Under the pieces are notes generated by a model. That model was given only the letters and a program-made list of their open reading frames with translations, was not told the origin of the DNA and made no database searches. A stretch of 61,934 nucleotides of DNA, counting the filler. It is 3 parts of 3 records of this genome, joined end to end, with 100 filler letters (N's around TTAATTAATTAA, not from the genome) between each part and the next. Parts side by side here need not be neighbours in the genome. Positions count along the whole stretch, not along the records: positions 1 to 11,611 come from SRR22947725_8613; positions 11,712 to 41,614 come from SRR22947725_8622; 1 more part is not named here. One strand, 5' to 3'. Of the stretch, positions 8,281 to 18,406 are shown piece by piece. Numbering within the stretch: position 1 is the first letter of the stretch; every line of letters starts with the position of its first letter. The position numbers and the translations under genes are program-made.

Positions 8281-9729
8281 ATGTCCGTGGCTAACCAAGA
8301 GGCAGGCGTACTCACCTGGCGGGTGCGCATTATGTTTGCCGTGGGGCAAATTCCCGAGGGCGTGCAGTCCACCTCCTTTGGATTTTTCCTGCTGTTTTTT
8401 TACAACCAAGTGCTGGGCTTGTCGGGCTTTTTGGCAAGTGTCGCCATTGTCATTGCGCTGCTGGTGGACGCGATTAGTGACCCGGTAATAGGGTCTTGGT
8501 CAGATGGTTTTCGGCATCGCTGGGGCCGTCGGCATCCGTTCATGTATGCCGGCGCCGTGCCGTTTGGACTCTGCTTTTATTTGTTGTTCGCGCCGCCCGC
8601 GGGGTTGTCCGAGCCCGAAGTGTTTGTTTGGCTGGTGGTGTTTTCGGTACTCACGCGAACGACCCAGTCAGTGTATTCTATCCCGCACACCTCCCTCACC
8701 GCAGAGCTCTCAACGGACTATCAGGAACGCACTCAGCTGTCGTCCTTGCGGTCCGTTTTGCAATCGGTGGGCATGCTGATGGTGTTCTTGATTGGCTTGC
8801 AGATCTTTTTTGAAGCCACGCCAGACTATCCGAATGGGCAACTGAATCCTGCCGCCTATCCCAACTTCGCGATCGTATTCGGACTCATCATTTTTATTGG
8901 GGTGATGCTCACGGCTTACGGCACCCACAGTCATATTCCCCACTTGCCCCAAGCAAGCCCAACGGCCGCCCGCTTTAGTTTTCGCAATGTGGTGCAGGAG
9001 GCAGGGCTTGCGTTTGGGTTGCGCTCGTTCCGATCGGTGGTGTCGACCGCGGTCTTGTTTGGTATGACCATGGGCATGGTCTCGGCGCTGTCGATCTATC
9101 TTGGGACGCTGTATTTCCAGTTCAGCTTGGCGCTGATCGGTTTGAGTTTTCCCGCGTCTGTGCTGGGGATGTTTTTGGGTGCCGGCCTGGCCACCCCTTT
9201 GGGTGGGTTCTTTCAGGAGAAGAAGACGCTCTTGATGGGCGGGCTGGCCTGGTATGCGATGTGGAATACCCTGCCGATCATGCTCAGCCTTGCCGGACTC
9301 GCGCCCGAGCCTGGGGACGCATCATTGTTTTATCTGGTGATGGTCTGCAATGCGATTTGCAGCATGGGTATCGGCGTGCTCACGGTCATGATTGGCTCCA
9401 TGATCGCGGACATTACCGATCAGCACGAAGCGATGCATGGCAATCGTAGTGAAGGGATTTATTTTGCAGCCTCCTCCTTTGCCTCAAAAGCCATTGGCGG
9501 CTTTGGGGTTGTGATCTCTGGGGTCGTGATCGATTTGGCAGGTATTCAACGCAGTGCAACCGTTGAAACGGTTGACCCCGAGTCGCTCACGACCTTGGCG
9601 CTGGCGATGGGGCCGGGGGTCATGATCCTGATTGGCTGCACGATCCTCGCAGCAAGCTTTTATGATTTGTCCCGCGAGAAACATCGGAAGATTCGGGGTG
9701 TGATTGCGGAGGCCAACGGCGGGTCATGA
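8281..9729 (+). CDS. MFS transporter, glycoside-pentoside-hexuronide (MelB-like) family
   Basis: About 12 hydrophobic segments; DAISDPVIGSWSD, WGRRHPF, ELSTDYQERT, MIADITD...EGIYF. Confidence 0.88.
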   Translation: MSVANQEAGVLTWRVRIMFAVGQIPEGVQSTSFGFFLLFFYNQVLGLSGFLASVAIVIALLVDAISDPVIGSWSDGFRHRWGRRHPFMYAGAVPFGLCFYLLFAPPAGLSEPEVFVWLVVFSVLTRTTQSVYSIPHTSLTAELSTDYQERTQLSSLRSVLQSVGMLMVFLIGLQIFFEATPDYPNGQLNPAAYPNFAIVFGLIIFIGVMLTAYGTHSHIPHLPQASPTAARFSFRNVVQEAGLAFGLRSFRSVVSTAVLFGMTMGMVSALSIYLGTLYFQFSLALIGLSFPASVLGMFLGAGLATPLGGFFQEKKTLLMGGLAWYAMWNTLPIMLSLAGLAPEPGDASLFYLVMVCNAICSMGIGVLTVMIGSMIADITDQHEAMHGNRSEGIYFAASSFASKAIGGFGVVISGVVIDLAGIQRSATVETVDPESLTTLALAMGPGVMILIGCTILAASFYDLSREKHRKIRGVIAEANGGS

Positions 9730-9822
9730 GTTGTGGGCGCCTGCTGGAGTTCCACAGGGGTTGTCGTCTTGGTCAGCGACAGGGGCCGTGCTTCAAACTA
9801 TTTTGACTGGCGCGAGCGGCGC

Positions 9823-11610
9823 TTAAAGCTTTTGTAAAACCTGCAAGAAGCCGTCTCCGTACTTCTCCAGTTTGCGCTCGCCCACGCCGGGCAGTGCACC
9901 GAATTCCGCAAGGGAGCTTGGCATCTGTTCGGCCATGGCCTGCAACGTGCTGTCATGGAAGATGACATAAGGCGGCACCCCTTGAACTTCGGCCAGTGCT
10001 CGCCGGTGCGCCCGCAGGGCTTCCCAAATGCCCACGTCGATGTCGTCCGGCAGTGGCGCTTTACTGAGCTTTTTGCTGGTTTTTTGTACGGGGTCTAATC
10101 GAAACGCAATGGTGTCTTGGCCTTTGAGCAGCGGTCGGCATTTTTCCGTTAAGGCAAGCCCGCCAAAACGCTCTGGGTCGGCAACCACGTGTCCCGCGGC
10201 AACCAACTGTCGAAATACCGATTGCCAGGCTTGCGCTGAGTGTTCTTGGCCGATGCCATATAGGGACAGCTGGTCATGACCGAACTGGCTGATTTTATCC
10301 GAGGCTTTGCCGAGTAGGACATCCACCAGATGGCTAACGCCAAAGCGTTGGTCGGTACGATAGATGACGCTGAGGGCTTTTTGGGCGGCTTCGGTGCCAT
10401 CCCAGGTTTCAACGGGCGTGAGACACGTGTCGCAATTACCGCACTGTTCGGCGGCGGCCTCGTCAAAGTAAGCGAGCAGGGCATGACGCCGGCAGGTTGT
10501 CAGTTCACAAAAGCCCAGCATGGCGTTCAGTTTGATCTGTTCAACCCGTTTGTGTTGTTCGTCCCCTTGGGCACTATCGAGCATTTGCCGCAATTTGGTC
10601 ACGTCTTGAAAGCCGTAAACCATCCATGCCGTGGCTGCGTTGCCATCACGCCCGGCCCGGCCGGTCTCCTGGTAGTACGCCTCGATGGTTTTAGGTAGAT
10701 CCAGGTGCGCAACGAAGCGAACATCGGGCTTGTCGATCCCCATGCCAAACGCAATGGTTGCCACCACAATCACGCCCTCTTCGGCGAGGAACCGGCGCTG
10801 ATGTTCGGCCCGAGTCTCAGCGGGTAAGCCAGCGTGATAGGCAAGCGCCTTAAAGCCTTGCTCCTGCAGCCAGGCCGCGGTGTCTTCTGTTTTTTTGCGC
10901 GACAGGCAGTACACGATTCCGGCGTCTTTGGCATGTTCTGTTTTTAGAAACTGCAGGAGTTGGTTGCGCGGGTTTGTTTTAAGGTTGATGCGATATTGGA
11001 TGTTGGGTCGGTCAAACCCAACGACAAACTCCTCCGCATTACTCAGCGCGAGGTTTTTAACAATTTCCTGGCGGGTTCGAGCGTCGGCGGTTGCCGTGAG
11101 GGCCACTCTCGGAACCGACGGGAATTCTTCGTGCAACAGATTGAGCGCGAGGTAGTCAACTCGGAAATCATGGCCCCATTGGGAGACGCAATGCGCCTCA
11201 TCGATGGCAAAGAGGCTAATGGTGACGCTTTTGAGTAAGGCAAGGGTTCGTGGCTGGGTGAGCCGCTCTGGTGCGACATAGAGCAGGTCTAATTCGCCTC
11301 GGCGAAGACATGCTTCAATCGCCGTTATTTCATCTTGGGTGAGGGTGGAGTTGAGAAAGCTGGCCTTGATCCCCAGCTGTTTCAGCGCTGCCACCTGATC
11401 TTGCATGAGGGCAATGAGCGGTGACACCACGATCCCGCAGCCCGGGCGAATCATCGCAGGAATCTGATAGCACAGCGATTTGCCACCACCGGTGGACATG
11501 AGCAGCAGTGCGTCCCCACCGCGCACGAGGGTGTCAATCACCTCGGCTTGGGGCGCTCGGAAGGCTTCGTAGCCAAAGGTGTCTTGTAAAATGGTGAGGG
11601 CTTGTTGCAT
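9823..11610 (-). CDS. recQ: ATP-dependent DNA helicase RecQ
   Basis: [36 protein letters not shown], Zn-binding Cys residues, RQC and HRDC (PPYVIFHD) domains. Confidence 0.97.
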   Translation of the reverse strand: MQQALTILQDTFGYEAFRAPQAEVIDTLVRGGDALLLMSTGGGKSLCYQIPAMIRPGCGIVVSPLIALMQDQVAALKQLGIKASFLNSTLTQDEITAIEACLRRGELDLLYVAPERLTQPRTLALLKSVTISLFAIDEAHCVSQWGHDFRVDYLALNLLHEEFPSVPRVALTATADARTRQEIVKNLALSNAEEFVVGFDRPNIQYRINLKTNPRNQLLQFLKTEHAKDAGIVYCLSRKKTEDTAAWLQEQGFKALAYHAGLPAETRAEHQRRFLAEEGVIVVATIAFGMGIDKPDVRFVAHLDLPKTIEAYYQETGRAGRDGNAATAWMVYGFQDVTKLRQMLDSAQGDEQHKRVEQIKLNAMLGFCELTTCRRHALLAYFDEAAAEQCGNCDTCLTPVETWDGTEAAQKALSVIYRTDQRFGVSHLVDVLLGKASDKISQFGHDQLSLYGIGQEHSAQAWQSVFRQLVAAGHVVADPERFGGLALTEKCRPLLKGQDTIAFRLDPVQKTSKKLSKAPLPDDIDVGIWEALRAHRRALAEVQGVPPYVIFHDSTLQAMAEQMPSSLAEFGALPGVGERKLEKYGDGFLQVLQKL

Positions 11611-11611
11611 G

Positions 11612-11711
11612 NNNNNNNNNNNNNNNNNNNNNNNNNNNNNNNNNNNNNNNNNNNNTTAATTAATTAANNNNNNNNNNNNNNNNNNNNNNNNNNNNNNNNN
11701 NNNNNNNNNNN
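11612..11711. other. Artificial contig-joining spacer (44 N + TTAATTAATTAA + 44 N)
   Basis: Exactly 100 nt with a six-frame stop linker; base composition changes abruptly across it. Confidence 0.98.
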
Positions 11712-12188
11712 AAAAATGGTCTAGAGGAATTAAAAACTATGAATAACCATGGCACGTGGTATGACGTTCAAGTTCTTGCTATAGCTCTCTATTGCGGTAA
11801 AGAAGATACCGCTCTTCAAGTTAGCCAAAGAGTCAAAAACCTAAGATTAAAACAAATAAACAGCGATGGCTCACAACCCCACGAACTCAAACGAACGCGC
11901 TCTTTTGATTACTCTAAAATGAACCTCGAAGCCTTTTTGCAATTGGCTCGTTTAGCCGAACATATAAATGAAGACTTGTGGTCCGCTGAAGATCAAAGAA
12001 TACTTAAAGCCGCTTTATTTATCGAAAGCTTCACTGAAAAGAAATGGCCTTACAAACAAATCAAAAAATATAATTATGAAGATCTCTATAGCGTTATGAA
12101 AATGGCCTCTTCCTACAATCATAAAAAGATCAATCAGTTCATAAAAAAAACAAAAGACAAAGCCGGTATTGATTTACTTCTGTATTAA
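11712..12188 (+). CDS. Alginate_lyase-fold polysaccharide lyase (PL5/PL38-like), C-terminal fragment truncated at the contig start
   Basis: Frame is open from 11712 (KNGLEELKTMNNHGTWYDVQ); NNH motif and QINSDGSQPHELKRTRSFDYS. Confidence 0.78.
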   Translation, partial: KNGLEELKTMNNHGTWYDVQVLAIALYCGKEDTALQVSQRVKNLRLKQINSDGSQPHELKRTRSFDYSKMNLEAFLQLARLAEHINEDLWSAEDQRILKAALFIESFTEKKWPYKQIKKYNYEDLYSVMKMASSYNHKKINQFIKKTKDKAGIDLLLY

Positions 12189-12230
12189 AGCCCAGTAGAA
12201 CTGTCTTCCACCAACGCTACTCATTAATAA

Positions 12231-13766
12231 CTATGGAACTACAACTTCTTCTCCAGTCGCTTTCACTATCGGCAATTGAGCCTCATACTTAGCGAATTGC
12301 TGCTTCATAACTTTACTGAGTTCTTTAACTTTTTCAGGAAAATATTTTGCCAAATTTTTTGTTTCACCAATATCTGTTTCCAAATTAAAAAGCTCGTATT
12401 GACCACCTTTACGATCTGCTTCGTGATAAAATATGAGCTTCCATTTATTGACTCTTAGAGCTGAGCAAAAGTTGATCCCTGGGCCGCTTGGTCCCCAATG
12501 GTTCGGGTAATGAAATAACAAAGGTCTATTGCTATTTAAACCTGTTTCTCCTTTAAGCTGCGGCACGAAACTTTTGCCATCGATAACTCCACCAATTTGC
12601 TGAGGGTTTTCTATACCGGCAATCTCAAGCACTGAGGTAAAGAAGTCTTCGACGATGACATAATCATTTGAAATAGAGTTCGGTTTGGTGACTCCCGGCC
12701 ATTTCACAAGCATCGGCACGCGAATACCACCTTCTCGATTGGAGCCTTTACCACTGGAAAGAGGTTTATTGTGAGTATGTCTTTCGCCATTGCGGGCATG
12801 AGCACTTAGACCACCATTATCTGACATGAACATAATGACCGTATTATCAGTCTGCCCCAGCTCCTCCACTTTGTTCATAATGTCGCCAAGACTCTTATCC
12901 ATGCCTTCAATAATCGCGGCATACATGGCTTCTTTTTCAGGCATTCCTTTCTGGCGATATTTTTCAATAAAACGCGAATCAGGAGCAAATGGCGTATGTA
13001 AAGCATAATGTGCCATGTAGAGGAAAAAAGGCTTCTTTTCATCAACTGCGGCAGCGATCGCTTTATTCGCTTCAAGAGTGATCGCCTCTGTCAGGAAAAC
13101 ATCCTTACAATGGTACTCCTCAAGTCCAGGGACATCCCAAACACTGGCTCCGGGATTCTCCGGTTTCTTAGCGTAATTTCTTTGGCCAAGGTAACTTCCC
13201 GGGGCTCCGGCCGCATGACCGGCGATATTCACATCGAAACCAATGTTTTTGGGATCGGCTGCAGGCGTACCAATCGCCGCAAAATGAGCTTTGCCGGCAT
13301 GGATTGTTCTGTAACCGACTTCCTGTAAATACTTGGGGAGGCACTTAGCGTGAATTGAGTGTGGTTGCTCGGCATCCAACGCTATGCCATTGGCATTCCA
13401 AACAGGGATATCGACCTTCGAATTTTTGCCTCTCGACTTTGGTTTTTTATCTTTTGGTAAAAAATTCAAAGTCCAGTCCGTCACCTTGTGGCGAGCTGGA
13501 TTCAAACCAATCATTAAACTGACACGAGTTGGGGAGCAAACTGCATGAGCATAAGCGGCGGTAAACTTTATTCCCTCACTGGCGAGCCTCTCCATAGCAG
13601 GAGTCTCATAGATTTTGTTGAAACGAGTCTTCTCTGTCCAGAATGGTACCGAGGTATCCTGCCAGCCCATATCATCAACCAAAAACACAATGATATTGGG
13701 CTGCTTTTTTTCGGCGAAAGAAGAAGTTATTAAAATAAATAAAATACACAAAAATCTCGTAATCAT
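12231..13766 (-). CDS. Secreted formylglycine-dependent (S1) sulfatase
   Basis: Signal peptide; PNIIVFLVDDMG, CSPTR, GKAH, SDNGG, GKG...EGGIRVP. Confidence 0.93.
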   Translation of the reverse strand: MITRFLCILFILITSSFAEKKQPNIIVFLVDDMGWQDTSVPFWTEKTRFNKIYETPAMERLASEGIKFTAAYAHAVCSPTRVSLMIGLNPARHKVTDWTLNFLPKDKKPKSRGKNSKVDIPVWNANGIALDAEQPHSIHAKCLPKYLQEVGYRTIHAGKAHFAAIGTPAADPKNIGFDVNIAGHAAGAPGSYLGQRNYAKKPENPGASVWDVPGLEEYHCKDVFLTEAITLEANKAIAAAVDEKKPFFLYMAHYALHTPFAPDSRFIEKYRQKGMPEKEAMYAAIIEGMDKSLGDIMNKVEELGQTDNTVIMFMSDNGGLSAHARNGERHTHNKPLSSGKGSNREGGIRVPMLVKWPGVTKPNSISNDYVIVEDFFTSVLEIAGIENPQQIGGVIDGKSFVPQLKGETGLNSNRPLLFHYPNHWGPSGPGINFCSALRVNKWKLIFYHEADRKGGQYELFNLETDIGETKNLAKYFPEKVKELSKVMKQQFAKYEAQLPIVKATGEEVVVP

Positions 13767-13833
13767 AGGAATCCTCAGTTATCGCATTTAGTCTGCTAAA
13801 CGCAACACAAAGAATAAAGTGACAACATCATAA

Positions 13834-14619
13834 TTATGTCAAAGTACATTTCCGATCTAAGTGGGTGTAACCACCATCGACATAGACTATCTGACCTGTA
13901 GTGTGCGCCGATCTGGATGAAGCCAAAAAGACGGTCATATCGGCAATTTCTGCACTGGTGGTCATGCGATTTTCGAAAGGAATAGATTTATAAATTTTGT
14001 CGAGAGTTTCTTGAGGGTTATCAAGAGTCTGGATCCAACGTTCATAAAGAGGCGTCATGACTTCGGCAGGGATCACGGTGTTACAACGAATACCATAAGG
14101 CGCCAATTCGACGGCCCATTCGCGAGTCAAAGCATTGCACGCACCTTTACTGGCGGCATAACCATTGGTTCCACCCTGCCCTGTATCGGCGACTTTTGAA
14201 CCGATATTTAAAATAACGCCTTTTGATTTTTTCAGAGCCTCTAAGCCATAATGAACCATGGCGTAAAAATGCGTCAGATTGTTCTTTAATGACTGCTCAA
14301 AAGCTTCAACTCCTGCAGTAATCGAAGCCCCGTCATTGACTCCGGCATTATTGACAATGACATCAATTTCACCATAGGCTTCCAAAGTTTTAGAAATCGT
14401 CTTCTTACATTGATTTGAGTCAGTAAGATCTGCTTCAATAAATAAGGCTTGACCACCATCGGCATTAATTTGATCACGTAGATCCTCACCTTCGCCACCA
14501 CTTCGATTAACGATCACCACCTTAGCTCTTTCAGCGGCAAAACTCTCAACAATTCCACGGCCAATCCCTTTGGATCCACCGGTGACAATAACGACTTTAT
14601 TTTCTAAATTTAAATCCAT
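13834..14619 (-). CDS. Short-chain dehydrogenase, L-fucose dehydrogenase-like
   Basis: TGGSKGIG, NNAGVND, SKVADTGQGGTNGYAASKG, LTREWA, VIPAEVMTPLY, VDGGYTHLD. Confidence 0.78.
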   Translation of the reverse strand: MDLNLENKVVIVTGGSKGIGRGIVESFAAERAKVVIVNRSGGEGEDLRDQINADGGQALFIEADLTDSNQCKKTISKTLEAYGEIDVIVNNAGVNDGASITAGVEAFEQSLKNNLTHFYAMVHYGLEALKKSKGVILNIGSKVADTGQGGTNGYAASKGACNALTREWAVELAPYGIRCNTVIPAEVMTPLYERWIQTLDNPQETLDKIYKSIPFENRMTTSAEIADMTVFLASSRSAHTTGQIVYVDGGYTHLDRKCTLT

Positions 14620-14725
14620 TTTTTCTTTCCTTTCTTTAAAAGTTTGGTATCCAAAGATGACTCAGATTAAAAGGATTTATCCCCGCATCGGAGTGCGGCA
14701 CTCCGAGGAAAGTCCTCTGCCTTTT

Positions 14726-14750
14726 ACCGGCGGGCCGCCGGTGCTCCCAG
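14726..14750 (-). repeat. REP-like palindrome, copy A
   Basis: ACCGGCG-GGC-CGCCGGT hairpin followed by GCTCCCAG. Confidence 0.75.
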
Positions 14751-14796
14751 CAATACACTTCCTTTCGTGAATTTAGTGCCTTTCGTTGACTCCTAT

Positions 14797-14820
14797 ACCG
14801 GCGAAACGCCGGCAATCCAG
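14797..14820 (-). repeat. REP-like palindrome, copy B
   Basis: ACCGGCG-AAA-CGCCGG hairpin followed by CAATCCAG. Confidence 0.7.
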
Positions 14821-14823
14821 AAG

Positions 14824-15885
14824 CTAAGCTTTCTTAAACATGCCAAAGAGCTTTTTACTGAGGACTTCATCCGAAAGAACACCAAAGAAAATGACCAAAC
14901 CGGTAATCGCATCTGCCAAAGAACTCGGATAGCCCAAAAGATTAATCATATTTTGAATAACTAAAAGAATCGCTGTACCGATCAGTATTCCAAAAATTGA
15001 ACCTTCCCCACCTCGTAAACTACACCCACCAAGAACGGCGGCGGCAATTGCATAGAGCTCATAGAAATTAGCGTGTACAGAGGGCGTAATAGAACTCGTA
15101 TAAAAAGCAAATAAAATCGCCGAAACTGCCGTTAATAAGCAGCAGATCATGTAAACCACGATGATTACTTTATTAGTATTTATACCCGAATAACGCGTCG
15201 CTTCTTCATTGCGGCCAACGGCATAAATATAGCGGCCAAATACTGACTTATGCAGAACGATAAACATAATAATAGCGATGACTACCATGTATATAAATGT
15301 CATCGGAATCCGCAAACTTCCTAAAATAAAGTTCCCTGTACAAGCGCTGTAAAGGAAATCGACATTTTGCGTCGTATCAACATAACCAACAGATGTATCC
15401 TTAGCTATATAACGCGACAAACCGCGATAGGAAAGCAAGCCGCAAAGAGTAATAATGAAAGCCTGCATTTTATACTTCCCAATAAGCAAACCATAACAAA
15501 GGCCTATGACTAAAGCCAAAGCCAAAACAAGGGCAATACCCAAGGGCCAACTCAATTCAGGAATGGGTAAAACCTGAGACTGCCCCGTAAGCGTAAAGAA
15601 AAAGACAACGCCAAGTAATGACATGAGCGATCCTACTGAAAGATCAATCCCCGCCGTAATAATAACTAAGCCCATCCCCATACTAAAAATACCAAATAAA
15701 CCGATCTGCCTAAGAAGGTTAGTTATATTAATCGGCGAAAGAAAGCGGCCACCCGAACCAAAGAATGTCCATAAACAAAGGATGAAAAGTAATCCCAGCA
15801 TGCCCATTTCTTTACGGTGGTCACCAAGTAATTTACTGAAATTAAAACCACTGCTACTATTTTTATCGTCTTTTGATTTACTCAT
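14824..15885 (-). CDS. Monosaccharide ABC transporter permease (RbsC-like)
   Basis: GIDLSVGS, FGRYIYAVGRNEEATRYSGI, YELYAIAAAVLGG. Confidence 0.93.
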   Translation of the reverse strand: MSKSKDDKNSSSGFNFSKLLGDHRKEMGMLGLLFILCLWTFFGSGGRFLSPINITNLLRQIGLFGIFSMGMGLVIITAGIDLSVGSLMSLLGVVFFFTLTGQSQVLPIPELSWPLGIALVLALALVIGLCYGLLIGKYKMQAFIITLCGLLSYRGLSRYIAKDTSVGYVDTTQNVDFLYSACTGNFILGSLRIPMTFIYMVVIAIIMFIVLHKSVFGRYIYAVGRNEEATRYSGINTNKVIIVVYMICCLLTAVSAILFAFYTSSITPSVHANFYELYAIAAAVLGGCSLRGGEGSIFGILIGTAILLVIQNMINLLGYPSSLADAITGLVIFFGVLSDEVLSKKLFGMFKKA

Positions 15886-17366
15886 TTTACCGCCAATTGC
15901 ATCACTGCTTCTTCACTAAATTCTGTTCTATCCAAAAAGCCTGTTAAGTGGCCTTCATGCATCACCGCTATACGATCGGCAACACCTAAAATTTCTTCCA
16001 TATCACTACTGATCATGACTATGGCAACACCAGCGGCGGCAAGTTCATGCATCAATTTATAAATTTCACTTCTGGCCCCGACGTCTATTCCCCTTGTCGG
16101 TTCATCAAAAATGATCACTTGAGGGTTCATCGACATCCATTTACCGAGAACAATTTTTTGTTGATTGCCGCCACTTAAGGTGTTCGCCAGGTAGCTGTCA
16201 TCGGGTGCTTTGATCTTCATGGCATCCATCTGTTCAAGGGCTAAACCCTTCTCGGCACGACGATCGATTAAGCCTCCTTTAGAGTACTTCTTGAGGGAAG
16301 CCAAACTCATATTTTCGCGGATACTCATATTGAGAACCAACCCACTTTTCTTGCGGTCTTCGGGGGCAAGGTATAAACCGTTTTTTATGGCCTCTTTCGT
16401 ATTGAGTGGAAGAGCTTTCCCATCTATTTCCAATTCTCCCGATAAAGCTTCATCAACACCAAACACTGCCTGCGCCATTTCTGAACGGCCGGCACCGACT
16501 AAACCGGCAAAACCAAGGATCTCACCAGCGGCGACTTCAAAGTTCAATTCTGCTTCCGGGCAATAAGTCGTGCGTAGGTTTTTTACCTTAAAGTATCCGG
16601 GCTTCTTTTCTGTTGCTGATTTGTCATACATCTGCTTTAGGTCGCGGCCCACCATTAAAGAAACCATGGCATCGTGACCGATTTCATCTTCACGCAATTC
16701 ACCGACATTTTGGCCATCGCGCAATACAACAACATGATTCGCACATTGCTTCACTTCACTAAGGCGATGCGAAATATAAATCACCGCAATCCCCTGCTCT
16801 TTTAAAGTCTCAATTGTCGCCAATAAGCGATCTGTTTCTTGCAATGTTAAACTGGATGTCGGTTCATCCATGATAATAAGTCGAGCATTCAATGAGAGGG
16901 CTTTGGCGATTTCAACTAATTGCTGCTGACCTATAGTTAAATCTTTGAGAAGTGTCGATGGATGAACTTTTAAGCCGAGGCTATCGAGAAATGGCTGTGT
17001 GTTTTTATACATTTCTCTCTTATTAAGTAAGCCAAACTTACGCGGCTCCCGACCTAAGAAAATATTCCCCGCAACATCAATATTGTCGAGGACATTTAGC
17101 TCTTGATGGACAAAGCCTATACCAAGATCATTGGCATCCGACACGGAGTGAATCTCGACTTTTTTATCGTCGACAAAAATCTCACCAGAAGTCGGTTGGT
17201 GAACGCCACCGATAATCTTCATGAGAGTTGATTTACCGGCACCATTCTCGCCAATTAATGCCTGGCACTCTCCTGACTGGAGTTTGAACTCGACTTGATC
17301 TAATGCAGTAACACCAGGAAACTTTTTGGTGATACCGCGCATCTCTAGTATAGGCTTAGAAGGCAT
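15882..17366 (-). CDS. Monosaccharide ABC transporter ATP-binding protein (RbsA-like, two NBDs)
   Basis: GENGAGKST, MDEPTSSL, LSGGNQQK, DEPTRGIDVGA. Confidence 0.95.
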   Translation of the reverse strand: MPSKPILEMRGITKKFPGVTALDQVEFKLQSGECQALIGENGAGKSTLMKIIGGVHQPTSGEIFVDDKKVEIHSVSDANDLGIGFVHQELNVLDNIDVAGNIFLGREPRKFGLLNKREMYKNTQPFLDSLGLKVHPSTLLKDLTIGQQQLVEIAKALSLNARLIIMDEPTSSLTLQETDRLLATIETLKEQGIAVIYISHRLSEVKQCANHVVVLRDGQNVGELREDEIGHDAMVSLMVGRDLKQMYDKSATEKKPGYFKVKNLRTTYCPEAELNFEVAAGEILGFAGLVGAGRSEMAQAVFGVDEALSGELEIDGKALPLNTKEAIKNGLYLAPEDRKKSGLVLNMSIRENMSLASLKKYSKGGLIDRRAEKGLALEQMDAMKIKAPDDSYLANTLSGGNQQKIVLGKWMSMNPQVIIFDEPTRGIDVGARSEIYKLMHELAAAGVAIVMISSDMEEILGVADRIAVMHEGHLTGFLDRTEFSEEAVMQLAVK

Positions 17367-17372
17367 ATTAAA

Positions 17373-18338
17373 TTAAGAGTTCTCTGCCAGCTTTTTCTTA
17401 AGGCCATCACAGTATTTTTTATACTTCATGCCTTCACCCTTTCGCAAAGCTTTTGTTGGGATGATCAACTGCTGATTCGCGGGAACTCCGGCTGCTTCTG
17501 GGCTTTTACCTTCAACTGTGAGTTTATGCAGAAGCTTTATCGAATCATAACCAAAACTATATGGATCTTGGCAGACTGTCCCGAAGATCTTACCTTCATC
17601 GATCGCTTTTAAAGTCACCGGGTCTTCATCAAAACTAATAATCTGGATTTGACCAATCTTACCCGCACTTTCAACAGCTCCAAGAATCGCTGGGGCATTG
17701 TAAGCCCACAAGCCTACCATACCGACGATGTCTTCATGAGCGGTAATGGCATCTTCGGCATTTTTACGAGCCTTAACGCGATCACCATTATCGGTTCTTA
17801 GATCGAGGATTTCAATCTTAGTCCCAGCAACGGCTTCCTTTAAACCTTGGAAGCGCTCTTTGGCATTTTGAGCATCCTTTAAACCGACAAAAACCATCAC
17901 TTTACCGCCATCTGGAAGGGCTTCTTTAAGTAGCTCACCACACTGACGGCCAGCAGCGACATTATCTGTTCCAAGGTAAGAGATGCGTTGACTTTCAGGA
18001 GAGTCACTATCAGCGCAAATAACGGGTATATGAGCAGACCATTCATTGAGCATCATTTTTTGATCTTTGGGATTTGCTGGACTGATCGCCAAGCCTTTGA
18101 CGCCACTTACCAGAAGGTCATCTACTATCTGTTTTTGTTTAGCCGTCGTCATATCTCCAACTTTAAACTGGACATCGACGCCTAATTCTTCTCCAGCTTT
18201 TTGAACTCCAGCTTGACAGTAAAGCCAGAAATCGGCTGGCCCATTGGTGACAAAAGCTAGGCTTACTTTTTCATTTTTAGCTGTCTTACCACAAGAACTC
18301 AAAAGCAGTGTGGCGATCATTAAAACAAATATTTTCAT
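17373..18338 (-). CDS. Sugar ABC transporter substrate-binding lipoprotein
   Basis: LLSSC lipobox; periplasmic-binding-protein type 1 pattern YLGTDNVAAG...SFDED...QDPYSFGY. Confidence 0.9.
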   Translation of the reverse strand: MKIFVLMIATLLLSSCGKTAKNEKVSLAFVTNGPADFWLYCQAGVQKAGEELGVDVQFKVGDMTTAKQKQIVDDLLVSGVKGLAISPANPKDQKMMLNEWSAHIPVICADSDSPESQRISYLGTDNVAAGRQCGELLKEALPDGGKVMVFVGLKDAQNAKERFQGLKEAVAGTKIEILDLRTDNGDRVKARKNAEDAITAHEDIVGMVGLWAYNAPAILGAVESAGKIGQIQIISFDEDPVTLKAIDEGKIFGTVCQDPYSFGYDSIKLLHKLTVEGKSPEAAGVPANQQLIIPTKALRKGEGMKYKKYCDGLKKKLAENS

Positions 18339-18406
18339 GGATATACCCTAATTTAACTATTCAAATTCACTTACGAAATCTATTACAATTACTTATTTAA
18401 CATGAA

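Noticed and set aside
11656-11667. TTAATTAATTAA palindrome (also at 41659-41670) as a biological site or att sequence
   Set aside because: Centred in exactly 44+44 Ns both times; a synthetic six-frame stop linker.
14705-14830. GAGGAAAGTCC, the conserved 5' motif of RNase P RNA
   Set aside because: No complementary 3' P4 strand, and only about 120 nt before the next CDS; the surrounding sequence is explained by short palindromic repeats.
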